Shown one piece after another: positions 24,800 through 34,177 of a stretch of DNA of 35,234 nucleotides. The stretch's first letter is position 1. Each line of letters starts with the position of its first letter. Position numbers and translations under genes: made by a program. This DNA comes from an uncultured Candidatus Saccharibacteria bacterium (GTDB lineage: Bacteria > Patescibacteriota > Minisyncoccia > CAYVXU01): contig CAYVXU010000003.1 of the NCBI GenBank assembly GCA_964454705.1, positions 16,180-51,413 on the forward strand, in the 5' to 3' direction. Below the pieces are notes generated by a model. That model worked only from the letters and a program-made list of their open reading frames with translations. It was not told where the DNA came from and made no database searches.

Positions 24800-26235
24800 T
24801 TACCATTTCTTCAGTTCCCGCTCTGCCATGTCGGCAATTTCGAGCGCCTTTTCTCGTGCCATTCCGGTGTATGTGCTCGGATGAAAGAAAAGGCGTGTCA
24901 TATCATCCGGAATATTCTGCAGCGCTTCCTCCAGCGCCCGGTCATGCTGCGCAAGCTGCTCTACTGCGGCAAGTAAGGGCACCTTTTCTCGCGCGGAGAT
25001 GGGTACTGCGTGACGATTCAGCACCTCGTGTGCATCTCCTTCATACCCTGCCAGTTGCAACGCCGCGTAAAATGGTTCCGCAAGGGTAAGGTGTGCGTTT
25101 TGGGAAAAATTTCTTTCGCACGCCTCCTTGTCGATGGTGATACGCGAAAGGAATGGTTTTCCTTCCGTATCCCGCCGCAGAAGCGTCTCGAGCTGATAGG
25201 TGAGATTCACCACGATAATCGGGAAATCACGTGCTACAGAGCTCCCCACGAGATCCCGCTGGTGCTCGCTTATCAGCGTGTCGAGCACCTTTCCAAATTC
25301 GTTCTTGGTGCGGATATACTGGCCATCGAGATTTTCAAACGTCTTTGGGTTGCGCTTATGCGCCATTGTGGAAGATCCCGCCTGCCCGGCAGAAAACGGC
25401 TCGGCAATCTCTCCGATCTCGCTGCGCATAAGATGGCGGCAGTCGCGCGCCAACTGCGCAAGCGCCGCAGCATGGTGCAGGCAAAGAGGTAGTAGGCCAG
25501 GGGCTCGGGAGGCGCAATCTGGGTGCTGATGGGAGCGGGCTTAAGCCCAAGCCTTTTGAGCACCCGCTCTTCGAAGGTGGTATCGCCGCAGCGCGCGCTG
25601 ATGCCAAGCCCCACCTGTGCGTTGTAGGCGCCCACCGCGCCTGAAATCTTCCCTACGAGTTCGTGTGCAGCGGTATTGAGTTTCTCTGCGTTATACCACA
25701 CGCGGGAGAGAATCGTCGCAAGCCAAAACCCGACGGTGATGGCGATGGCGTGCTGACCATGGGTACGCCTAATCTGAAGTGTATCGGCAAATTCCCGCAC
25801 GCGCTCGACAAGAATACAGACAAGATGAGTGATCTTCCCTCGCACTACCTCGGTATACGCCTGTGTAAAGAGCATTGCACGGGCGGTATCAATTGCATCG
25901 TAGCTCGTGAGCGGTACGTGCAGATACCGCCTAAGCGGAGGGGGAAGAATTCCCTTTGCTTTGAACACCCATGCCCGGATATCATGCTTTGTCACCTCTC
26001 GTTCGATTCGATCGACTGCTGAAGTACGGATGCCGATGATCTCCCTCCGCTCGCGATAGGTAAGCAGTCTCATTTCGCTCTCGGGGATGATCCCAATATC
26101 GGCAAGGGTATCGAGCACCGCAAGCTCTACCATGCCAACCGGGATCATGAGGTTGTCATACCCGAAAATGGACTTGAGCGAAGCGGGTTGGTAGCGTGGA
26201 TTCCCTGGTAACGTAAGATTCTTTTGCACTTCCAT
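24800..26235 (-). pseudogene. purB: Adenylosuccinate lyase, split by a frameshift near 25478-25482
   Basis: ORF 25273-26235 carries the N-terminal half up to ...PEPLAYYLFA. ORF 24800-25453 carries the rest, including the fumarate-lyase signature GSSTMAHKRNP. The frames differ by one nucleotide. Confidence 0.8.
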
Positions 26236-26321
26236 ACGGCTTTCCTCCTTGGTGAATTGTCAGAGAACAGAACGTACTTTTTGTAGCACGGTTTTAGTGT
26301 CCTGAAAAGCCCCAAAAGAAA

Positions 26322-26352
26322 GCAGCCGGAGTGTGGTATCCACTCCGGCTGC
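26322..26352 (-). terminator. Rho-independent terminator after the 26381-26809 gene
   Basis: gcagccggagtg / cactccggctgc form a 12-bp stem. On the minus strand it is followed by tttcttttgggg. Confidence 0.7.
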
Positions 26353-26380
26353 GTGCATGTGTTTCTTCCGTAAGGTATCG

Positions 26381-26809
26381 TTATGTCCGGCTGTCTCCCA
26401 CTTCGCACTGGGTGAGCAATTCGTAGGCCCGCGTGAGTACTTCTGGGATAAGACGTCCTTTGGCCAAAGGATATGGCAGGGGTTGTGCAAGAAAAGAGAT
26501 GGTCACCCGTTGGGGCGCCTTCCTTTCATGGCAAATATCCCACACATCTTGAAGAGTTACTTTTGTTGAGATCTCAACGAGCGGACGAAGTTTAAGTGAG
26601 TTGCCTTTTTCAGGCTCGCGCTGCCACACTACAAACCACTCTCCCTCCTCCGAGTATCCTATCGCTCCGATGTACCTCTCTCCTGCGTCTTGAATGTTGA
26701 GAGCTCGAACTCGGTATGGAATAGGCCAAAAATACGTAGATTCTCTTCCTCGTCCGTAATGCTCGGAACACTTGTTGTAAAGGATCCCAGGAATCTCTTG
26801 TACTCGCAT
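26381..26809 (-). CDS. Hypothetical protein
   Basis: 142 aa from ATG 26809, preceded by GGAGAatacaATG. I recognise no domain. Confidence 0.55.
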   Translation of the reverse strand: MRVQEIPGILYNKCSEHYGRGRESTYFWPIPYRVRALNIQDAGERYIGAIGYSEEGEWFVVWQREPEKGNSLKLRPLVEISTKVTLQDVWDICHERKAPQRVTISFLAQPLPYPLAKGRLIPEVLTRAYELLTQCEVGDSRT

Positions 26810-26897
26810 TGTATTCTCCTTCTCGTTTTCAAGGAACAGAATGTGATACTTATAGCATAGGCATGGCGAACTGAAAAGCTCTGAACTCAAGCAGTAT

Positions 26898-28515
26898 TTA
26901 ATTTAAGTTCTGCGGTGTCGAAGAATTCTGGCTGAGCCCCGGTACTCTGTATCCATTTGTCCACTCTGCGGTTTGGATAGCACTCGAGGAGTTATTACCG
27001 TAGAAGAGATCAGACCACACAAAATCACCATCGCGGTTATCCAAAGGAGATGCAATGCCCGCCGTTGATCCGCCCGGAACACGATCAGCCGTAAGTGGAT
27101 ATCTGCTTGAAGGGAATGCGTTATCTCCCAAAAGCTCGACCTGCACGCTCGATGCGGGGCGATCGGCAGGATCGAGTTCGTGCCCATTTTTAAACACGCC
27201 GCGTAATTCGAATACCTTGATTGAGCCTGCAGGGATGATCCTGTACTCTCCCCCATTTTTTGTTCCATCCAGACCTGTGTCGAAAAGTGTCTCTGTGTGC
27301 GCCAATTTATATACTTCTCCATATCCCCTATAGGATGTTTGCACGAGTATAAGTCTGGCCCGGACTCGATCGTTCCAGAGAGCGGTTTCCGAACCTCCAG
27401 GATTTTCAAATAAGGTAAAATCGGTAATGGTTGCGGAGGTAGTGCTGATTCCAAAGTTAAACCGATAAATTCCTATGTCTCCGCGTGGTGATGCCGCAAC
27501 CGAAAAGCGGAACAATGCCTTTGTGCCGCTCGCCGGCACACTACTGCTTACCGGATTTGGGTACGAAATTGTCGGGAACGATTTATAAAGTGTAAATTCC
27601 GCTACCGGGTTATCACCCGCGGTTCCGGAGACACTGCCTGCAGCGAGGTTACCGAAGCTTACACCTCTTGCCGAGTAACTGTCTTGAGCTACACGGAAGT
27701 CAAGACCTGTTCCGGATTTCCCTGCTTCACCGATGCCAATATCATTAAAATCAGCCTTTATCGTAAGCCGCTTGCCAGTTACGCCTACAGGAATTCTCAC
27801 TCCCGTCATGGTGAACGTCAGCTGCGAAGAGGTTGGGGTCCTTGAGTCAACAAGGGTTGTTCCGTCATAGAGGTAGAGCTTTGATACCTGCTTCCTGAAG
27901 TTACCGCGTGCACCGGGGTTAATTACCGTGGTCGTTACCGAGAGCGCAGTGAGATCAATATCTTCTCCGCTAGCCGTAAAGAGTATTTCTCCCACTGTTA
28001 CGCCCGTTTGTGCTCCGAAGACAAGACGGCTTATGGGTTGTAATCCACTGGTAGCAACACTAAGAACGGGCTGTACTATTCCGGAGACTTCGATACTCGC
28101 ATTTTGGGTGGGGTAGTCGAAATATCCTTTGCCCTCCTGTATCATTTGCCATTGGAAGTTGTAGGTACCCTGAATCCCCGGTGCACGTACATTGAACGAA
28201 AATACTTTGATTTGCCCCGGATTGATTTGCTCTCCGTCAGCGAGATCCACCCGGCTGGTCCCCCATTATGCTTCCGAGACGATATGCCCCCGCCCGCGTC
28301 CAGCTGGTGGTCCCGATATTTTTTACATTAATCGTAACAGTAAACACTTCTCCGGCGCGCACCTGTGTGGGAACGGATTGCGACACAAATTCTGCTCGAT
28401 TTGCGGACTTTGCGGCCGCAATGAAAAACGAGGAGAAGGTGCGGCTTCCATATCCAGCTGCAAAAATTGCTGCAGCAACTGCGGCGAAAATGAATGTAGT
28501 GCGGGGAAGTTGCAT
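26898..28515 (-). pseudogene. Secreted beta-rich surface protein with N-terminal NBR1-like Ig domain, split by a frameshift in a 5-nt homopolymer
   Basis: ORF 28237-28596 has its real start at ATG 28515 (MQLPRTTFIFAAVAAAIFAAG...) and ends ...AYRLGSIMGDQPGGSR. ORF 26898-28250 continues with ...VDLADGEQINPGQIKVFSFNVRAPGIQGTYNFQWQMIQEG, the second half of the same domain. Confidence 0.7.
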
Positions 28516-28525
28516 ATGAAAAAGA

Positions 28526-28918
28526 TTAGAGAGATAACGATGAGCAACGTTTGAAAAGAAACGCAATATACAATGAGGTAAGAACGAGTGAGACAATACC
28601 TAGCGTGAGTGGAAGCGAATAGAGAGAAAGGGTAGCATCACCTACTGTGATTCCGAAGAAAGATATTTGTCGCGAAAGAAAGGAACTCTGTGATACTGTT
28701 GATTCGCTCATACCTCGAAATTGCCATTCCCAGGTGGTAAGGGGGCACTCTCCTACCCAACGAAAAAATAAAAAGGCGCCTCCTACGAATGCATTGAGCA
28801 CACATCGCACGCGAAGAGACGCAAAAGGGATAAGCCAACCAACAAGAAAAAAGAAAATAAGCACCGAATGAATCCCGGCGATGATATTACTCACTATCAG
28901 TGCCTGGCTTGTGCTCAC
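28526..28918 (-). CDS. DUF2784-family membrane protein
   Basis: ...GECPLTTWEWQFRG motif in a polytopic membrane context. The start is set at GTG 28918, because the longer ORF overlaps the DedA gene. The start is uncertain. Confidence 0.55.
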   Translation of the reverse strand: MSTSQALIVSNIIAGIHSVLIFFFLVGWLIPFASLRVRCVLNAFVGGAFLFFRWVGECPLTTWEWQFRGMSESTVSQSSFLSRQISFFGITVGDATLSLYSLPLTLGIVSLVLTSLYIAFLFKRCSSLSL

Positions 28919-29027
28919 ACTTATAGTATACCACGTTTCAATGTTATGGGTGTGGGAAAATAAAATAAAAACAGCCGGAGAGTTATACCGGCCGTTGGAG
29001 AGGTCGATTATGGAACCGCCCACAGGA

Positions 29028-29600
29028 CTATGTTGCAAATAAAAAATCCCAGCCGTACGCACCGGCGAGGGCAAGACCGGTGTTGAATGCAATGTTTCCT
29101 AAACCGAGAGGAATAATCATCCGCTGGTACGGAAAATGCGCAAGCCCGAGCGAGATGACGATAAAGTCGTTGGAGAAAGGGACAAATGCGCCGTAGAGAA
29201 AAAGCGTCATTGAGGTAAGCCAGGATGGATGAGCAAGGAGCCAGTCGGAGAATTTGTGCAGTATTTTCTCCATCCGCCCCGGAGCGATATGCCGCCCGTG
29301 ATATCCAATTAAGTAGGAGGTGGAGTCGCCGAGCGAGACGCCGAGCGCCCCCACAAGCCCGATGACATAGGGGTTAAGCCCTCCTGCACCGAGCGCAAAA
29401 TTCACAAGCTGATAGGGAATGGTAATGAAGGTAGAGATCCCGCCTAAAAAAGAAACGACGAATGAGGTGATGTAGCCGTTTTCAAGCCCCAGAAGCGCAA
29501 CAAGCTCCTGGGGAGGTATGCGGTAGAGAAAGAAGCTCCATCCAATCACCACTGCTACAAAGAGGCCTCCGGACAGGTAATGAAGAATTCGTTGCTGCAT
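29028..29600 (-). CDS. DedA / VTT-domain membrane protein
   Basis: 190 aa with ...GVSLGDSTSYLIGYHGR... and the typical DedA topology. Confidence 0.8.
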   Translation of the reverse strand: MQQRILHYLSGGLFVAVVIGWSFFLYRIPPQELVALLGLENGYITSFVVSFLGGISTFITIPYQLVNFALGAGGLNPYVIGLVGALGVSLGDSTSYLIGYHGRHIAPGRMEKILHKFSDWLLAHPSWLTSMTLFLYGAFVPFSNDFIVISLGLAHFPYQRMIIPLGLGNIAFNTGLALAGAYGWDFLFAT

Positions 29601-29642
29601 CCCTCTATTGTACCTTCAAACCCCTAAAAATCAAACGGTATG

Positions 29643-29861
29643 CTATCGCTTTCGCAGATAGATATACCCCCCTATTCCAATGGCAAGTACTGCAAGCACA
29701 CCTCCCGCAACCGCAAGATTGGCGGGAGCGCTCTCTTCCGCAGCCACAGGCTCTTCATCCCCGTCATCTACGCCCCCATGCGCGAGTACAACTGCCGGTA
29801 CCATGCTTAGTGCTACCATCCCGATGAGCAGCACTGTACCAATATGTTTCAAAATACCCAT
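29643..29861 (-). CDS. Small protein with signal peptide, acidic segment and C-terminal TM
   Basis: 72 aa from ATG 29861: MGILKHIGTVLLIGMVALSMVPAVVLAHGGVDDGDEE...VLAVLAIGIGGYIYLRKR. Confidence 0.5.
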   Translation of the reverse strand: MGILKHIGTVLLIGMVALSMVPAVVLAHGGVDDGDEEPVAAEESAPANLAVAGGVLAVLAIGIGGYIYLRKR

Positions 29862-29893
29862 CACGTGATAATTATTCCACTCACAGGCGACTT

Positions 29894-30286
29894 TTACATT
29901 GCCCTCACTTTTTCTAGTATCTCCCTGATCTCCGGGCGGAAATTCAGCGAACGGAGATTCTCGCGCGCGATCCATTCGAGCTGGTAAGAATTCGCAGGCG
30001 AATTCCTTTCCCGTTCCGGTCCACCAAGACTTACTTCACCTGTGAAGCTTTTGGCAACAAAAAATATCTCTTTCTCGCCGTCTGCTTCAAGCGCTCCAAC
30101 GTTATCTCCGAGTATAATATCAAGCCCGGTTTCTTCCTTTATTTCGCGGATTGCCGCCTCCTCAACCGTCTCCCTTTCCTCCACACCTCCTCCCGGAACT
30201 GCGTAGTACTCTTTTCCCTCACGCACCCGATGAATCAGGAGAATATCTCCATTGTTGAGTATAAATACTCCTACGCGCTGTCGCAC
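29894..30286 (-). CDS. NUDIX hydrolase
   Basis: Nudix box GGGVEERETVEEAAIREIKEETGL. GTG start. Confidence 0.9.
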   Translation of the reverse strand: MRQRVGVFILNNGDILLIHRVREGKEYYAVPGGGVEERETVEEAAIREIKEETGLDIILGDNVGALEADGEKEIFFVAKSFTGEVSLGGPERERNSPANSYQLEWIARENLRSLNFRPEIREILEKVRAM

Positions 30287-30332
30287 AATTGACAGTTAAA
30301 AATTTAAAGTGAAAAGTTAAAAGTTCATTTAT

Positions 30333-31007
30333 TCAGGGACCGCCTTGCTGCCACCGCAAAATCGCTTCCGAGGGATAGAGCAGCATAATAATATTGAGAA
30401 GAAGATTATCCCGTATGTAATACCCTACAAAAATCTCCATTGCGAGCGTGAGCGCAATAATCACCCACACGGGCAATCGGTATGCAAGCACAAAGCCAAC
30501 AATTGAAGCGATGACGTCAAAGGTGGAGTTGAGTACACTATCACCGTAGTAATCAAGTGAGATCGTCACCGCCCGGTAGCGGTTGATTACAAAATCAGTA
30601 TTCTCAAACACCTCCCATGTCGCCTCGAGCATAATAGCAAGCAGGAGCCGTAACCCCACAGACCAGTTCCATCGCCTCCCAAGCAGCCAGAAAAGGAGAT
30701 AGAATCCAAATCCGTGAATCACGTGCGAGAAGGCGTACCAATCAGTGATATGCTGTGAGTTTTCCGAGCTAAAGGTAATCCCGTGCCAGAGCTTTACATA
30801 GCCGCATTTGCAGATAGGAATCCGCCCCATCCCGTAGAGTACGAGTGCAAACACCCCGAGAAGACCAGCAGCGATAGCAGAATCTACCCACAGCGGCACT
30901 TTGCCACCGGATGCGGCAAATATCCGGCGGCCATACCACCACCGCGCCGCAAGCACCACGAGCGAGATTGCAATAAAAACCCACACGCCCGTAAACCCTG
31001 GTAGCAT
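30333..31007 (-). CDS. DUF2585 (UPF0314) family membrane protein
   Basis: ...LWHGITFSSENSQHITDWYAFSHVIHGFGFY...EATWEVFENTDFVINRYRAVTISLDYYGDSVLNS... Confidence 0.75.
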   Translation of the reverse strand: MLPGFTGVWVFIAISLVVLAARWWYGRRIFAASGGKVPLWVDSAIAAGLLGVFALVLYGMGRIPICKCGYVKLWHGITFSSENSQHITDWYAFSHVIHGFGFYLLFWLLGRRWNWSVGLRLLLAIMLEATWEVFENTDFVINRYRAVTISLDYYGDSVLNSTFDVIASIVGFVLAYRLPVWVIIALTLAMEIFVGYYIRDNLLLNIIMLLYPSEAILRWQQGGP

Positions 31008-31143
31008 GTATGTATCATATCAAATTTGTTCCTGCCCTCAAAGTAAAAAACGAGGTGACTGTGTTATACAACCGCCCCGTAGAAGATGCACATGCGTACA
31101 GAGATCGAATTCTACCCTGCATACATATATTTCCCTCCTCGAT

Positions 31144-31899
31144 TTACATCGCAAGCGCGGGGGTTATCTGCGCCATTGCAACAATTCCTGTAGAGATTCC
31201 TGCGGAGGTGAGACACCAGCTGCACCAGTGTTTCAGTACCAAAAATTGTATGAGGGTGAGATACAATGAAAACGCGAATGCGGCAAACGTGAGAATGAAA
31301 AGAAGTGAAAGCATGAATGGAGTAGCGTATTGAGAGTAAACGAGTAACAAGCCATAGAGTGTTGCTATGCTTGCATAGTAGAAAATGCCGTAGTTTTCGA
31401 GCGGCACACCCCACAAGTGTGAGTAGGTACTGTTCGTTACATCGGTACACGCCGAACCAATAGTGCATGTAAGAGTGGCGTTTCTTTTTTTCGCGCGCAA
31501 ATAGGTGGCAAAACAGAAGCCAGCTACGGCACTCGCAATAAGCGCAAGATACGTCCAATCGAGCGCGAAGGAGATACGCCAGTTGCTTCCGAGTGATCCA
31601 ACCATCGCGAACCCAACAGCTGCCGCCTGTATCCCGTAATCAAGTGCTTTTTGTTGCGAGGTGGTTATGCTACACCCGGTAAGCCGCAGCACTGCATATT
31701 CGAGAAAATCCAGATCCCAGGGCATGGCTCCGACATATTTTTTGACATGGGTAAATATACATCCATCGAATACAAAGAGATGGAAGCGATGCAGTACCAC
31801 CAGCGCTACCACAATCGGAAACGGAAGCAAGAGGCCGGAAAAAATGGCGGCAACAATAATTCCGATATGAAGCCAAAAAAGAATAGCACTACCTGTCAC
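31144..31899 (-). CDS. Vitamin K epoxide reductase (VKOR) family protein with N-terminal membrane extension
   Basis: C-terminal half has CTIGSACTDVTNSTYSHLWGVPLENYGIFYY...HWCSWC (the VKOR Cys pairs). The preferred start is GTG 31899, which forms a GTGA overlap with the DM13 stop. The ORF track starts at 31941. Confidence 0.7.
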   Translation of the reverse strand: MTGSAILFWLHIGIIVAAIFSGLLLPFPIVVALVVLHRFHLFVFDGCIFTHVKKYVGAMPWDLDFLEYAVLRLTGCSITTSQQKALDYGIQAAAVGFAMVGSLGSNWRISFALDWTYLALIASAVAGFCFATYLRAKKRNATLTCTIGSACTDVTNSTYSHLWGVPLENYGIFYYASIATLYGLLLVYSQYATPFMLSLLFILTFAAFAFSLYLTLIQFLVLKHWCSWCLTSAGISTGIVAMAQITPALAM

Positions 31900-32405
31900 G
31901 AAAGTGTAGCGTAGGTAAACAGCACGGAAAACTGTTTGCACCAGATGACGGCAGACTTAAATTTCTTCAATTCTGCAATTGATGACTTCACGAGATACGC
32001 CTGACCTCCTTTTGTGCCTTGAAGGAGACCCAGATCCTTATATTCACCAAGTTCATGGTCAATTGTCGGTTCTGTGGAGAGGTAGAGATAGAGATCAGGT
32101 CCGGGCGTAATTACCACATCCTCGTCAAAGAGTACGATACTCTCATGTGCCGCATCACCCAACGTATTGGGAAAGAGGTATACTCTCCCCTTGCCCTTGT
32201 GCACAAGATCCCGCTTAACGAATACCCCGGAGCGACCTCCTTGTGCGTGGAATGCCTCGGGATTGGCTTTGATCCAGAGAAGGAGCTTTCGCTCTTGTTC
32301 CCCAAGGCCAACGTATTTACCAAAGAGCGTCTCCTTCAAGCCGCGCTCCCAAAGCACCCATATTGATTCTTTCAGAAAATTGAATGAAAAAGAAATTTTA
32401 GCCAT
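31896..32405 (-). CDS. DM13 domain protein (no obvious signal peptide)
   Basis: ...ITPGPDLYLYLS...DLGLLQGTKGGQAYLV...FKSAVIWCKQFSVLFTYATL. Confidence 0.7.
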   Translation of the reverse strand: MAKISFSFNFLKESIWVLWERGLKETLFGKYVGLGEQERKLLLWIKANPEAFHAQGGRSGVFVKRDLVHKGKGRVYLFPNTLGDAAHESIVLFDEDVVITPGPDLYLYLSTEPTIDHELGEYKDLGLLQGTKGGQAYLVKSSIAELKKFKSAVIWCKQFSVLFTYATLS

Positions 32406-32408
32406 AGC

Positions 32409-32963
32409 TTATCGAAGTTCTGCATAACTAAACACTATCGAGAACGGCACGCACCATACGAGGACTTTATTATATCTTTGTGTATCAACCGAGGCCGGAA
32501 TTTCATAGTTTACATTGCCTTTGGTCGCGCGAATCTTTCCGAGGTCAACAAAATCATCGGCACTTAAATCAGAGGCGAGATATACGTGAAGATTCGGCCC
32601 ATTAATAGTCTCGAAGTTTTCGAAGCGCAGGATTTTTTGATCACCGCCTTCGATTAAAAGCGCCTCTCCCGCCACCTCATGGGCACGGGGCTTAAATGTA
32701 CCTCTTGCCGCTACCCGGGGCTCCGGGGGCATTGCATCAGTCTTCTCCATCGCCTCGCCGCGCATTGCATCTACCTCACGGTCAAATCGGGCCCTTTCGT
32801 CGGCGCTCATTGAGTCCAGCGCATCTTTGACTCCTGTATCAGGCGTGACAGCGAGCGGAGACGCCTCATCAAGTTCCATACTGTTCTGAAGCACCCATAC
32901 TACATAGCCACCTCCTCCCACAAGCGCGAGCACGAACAGGACTATTAAAAGTTTTGTTTTCAT
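32409..32963 (-). CDS. DM13 domain protein with N-terminal signal anchor
   Basis: MKTKLLIVLFVLALVGGGGYVVW..., then ...INGPNLHVYLAS...DLGKIRATKGNVNYEIP...YNKVLVWCVPFSIVFSYAEL. Confidence 0.8.
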   Translation of the reverse strand: MKTKLLIVLFVLALVGGGGYVVWVLQNSMELDEASPLAVTPDTGVKDALDSMSADERARFDREVDAMRGEAMEKTDAMPPEPRVAARGTFKPRAHEVAGEALLIEGGDQKILRFENFETINGPNLHVYLASDLSADDFVDLGKIRATKGNVNYEIPASVDTQRYNKVLVWCVPFSIVFSYAELR

Positions 32964-33029
32964 AGATGCAGTGTAGCATGTCTATAGAAAGAGGAGCAAT
33001 TGGCAACAATGTTTGTCTCCTCAAACAGA

Positions 33030-33066
33030 AAGGCGGTGCTGGATAACAATAATCCGGCACCGCCTT
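33030..33066 (-). terminator. Rho-independent terminator after the 33079-33450 gene
   Basis: aaggcggtgctgga / tccggcaccgcctt (one G-U pair) with a 9-nt loop. On the minus strand it is followed by tttctgtttg. Confidence 0.7.
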
Positions 33067-33078
33067 GAAAAGTAGTCA

Positions 33079-33450
33079 TCATGCCATGCCCCAAGACGAA
33101 GATCTTTGCCGCGTATGACGCTCTGCCGCCTCGATCGATAGGTACTCCGGGATTTCTGTGAGCATGTGAGAGAGCATCCATCCTGCGACTGTTGCACGGC
33201 GTTCGGGCGGAATATTGTGACTCCCGAGAAGCGCGCAGAAGAGACGGAACTGTCGCTCGCGGACTGCGGGATCCTCTGCGAGATAGCGCCAGTTCCGCAA
33301 ATCGCCGCCTCGCCTGATGACCTCACGCGCGTAAAGCGTCCATTCGCAGTTGCTCCTGAACGATTGCGAGCACAGCTCAGCAAGTACACGAGCATTGGAA
33401 AGTCCACCCTGCGGCAACGGCTCCCCTTCAAACAGAATGTTTCGTTCCAT
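33079..33450 (-). CDS. Hypothetical protein
   Basis: 123 aa from ATG 33450 (MERNILFEGEPLPQGG...) with an AGGAG upstream. I recognise no domain. Confidence 0.5.
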   Translation of the reverse strand: MERNILFEGEPLPQGGLSNARVLAELCSQSFRSNCEWTLYAREVIRRGGDLRNWRYLAEDPAVRERQFRLFCALLGSHNIPPERRATVAGWMLSHMLTEIPEYLSIEAAERHTRQRSSSWGMA

Positions 33451-33521
33451 ACACTCCTTTCTTCCTCCTTTCCGCCACTTCACAAAGAGAAGACGGCTAG
33501 GAAGACTGTGCTCCGAATGGT

Positions 33522-34037
33522 CTATGCATCACATCGGGTCCTCTGCGGCCGGTAATCGTCCGCAGAACCGCATACGCAATGAGGTGCAGTGGCCCGCGGC
33601 AGTGGCGGATCACCCTCTTTATCAAATGGTATCCACCCGGTCTTGGGAATACATACGGTATAGCCATATCGTTCCAGCATCTTTGCGCAAAAATAACGGT
33701 GCAGGAAAGGATGCGCGATAAGATGTACCACGCATACCCCATGCTCGCAAAAGTAGGTATGTGCCTGACGGATGACCTCGTCGGAATCAATGTAGATTCC
33801 GGGTATCCCGATTGAAAGTCCGATAGAGTCACACCCTCTCCAGCCCGTCTCCTGAAGATGTGATGCGATCTCCCACTGCAATGCCATATGCGCACGCGTT
33901 TCCTGGTACACTCTCTTCACCACCTCCGCAAGCGCTATATTGCTTGGTCCTACATCCTTCGAGCTGTCTGATCTTCCGAACGAAAGCGCAAGAATTCCAG
34001 CGTGCACATGGGACTTTTCCCGACCAGAAACTGGCAC
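33522..34037 (-). CDS. Hypothetical protein, weakly DUF218/YdcF-like
   Basis: 171 aa. ILALSFG...SNIALAEVVKRVYQE...VVHLIAHPFLHRYFCAKMLERYGY resembles the DUF218 layout. I assigned this from memory only. Confidence 0.4.
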   Translation of the reverse strand: MPVSGREKSHVHAGILALSFGRSDSSKDVGPSNIALAEVVKRVYQETRAHMALQWEIASHLQETGWRGCDSIGLSIGIPGIYIDSDEVIRQAHTYFCEHGVCVVHLIAHPFLHRYFCAKMLERYGYTVCIPKTGWIPFDKEGDPPLPRATAPHCVCGSADDYRPQRTRCDA

Positions 34038-34132
34038 AGGCTACCCTCCTTTTTCATTTTTCCGCTTGTATATGAAGGAACAAGTAAAACAGAGAATACC
34101 ATACCTACGGCGCTCTCGCAAGGCAGGAAAAG

Positions 34133-34165
34133 AAAAATACCCAGCCTTTAGGCGTAGGTATTTTT
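34133..34165 (-). terminator. Rho-independent terminator after the DUF1761 gene
   Basis: aaaaatacc / ggtattttt stem enclosing gcc-taaa-ggc. On the minus strand it is followed by a T-rich run, cttttcc. Confidence 0.65.
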
Positions 34166-34177
34166 CTCATCTCCCTT

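Noticed and set aside
32964-33020. A leaderless mRNA for the first DM13 gene (TACACT 6 nt before the ATG)
   Set aside because: An equally good promoter, TTGTTG-17-TATAGA, lies upstream and would give a 20-nt leader. The sequence alone cannot distinguish the two.
33000-34100. A slightly GC-richer segment as a horizontally acquired island or toxin-antitoxin pair
   Set aside because: The composition shift is modest. There are no integrase, transposase, tRNA or direct-repeat boundaries, and the two genes show no recognisable toxin or antitoxin domains.
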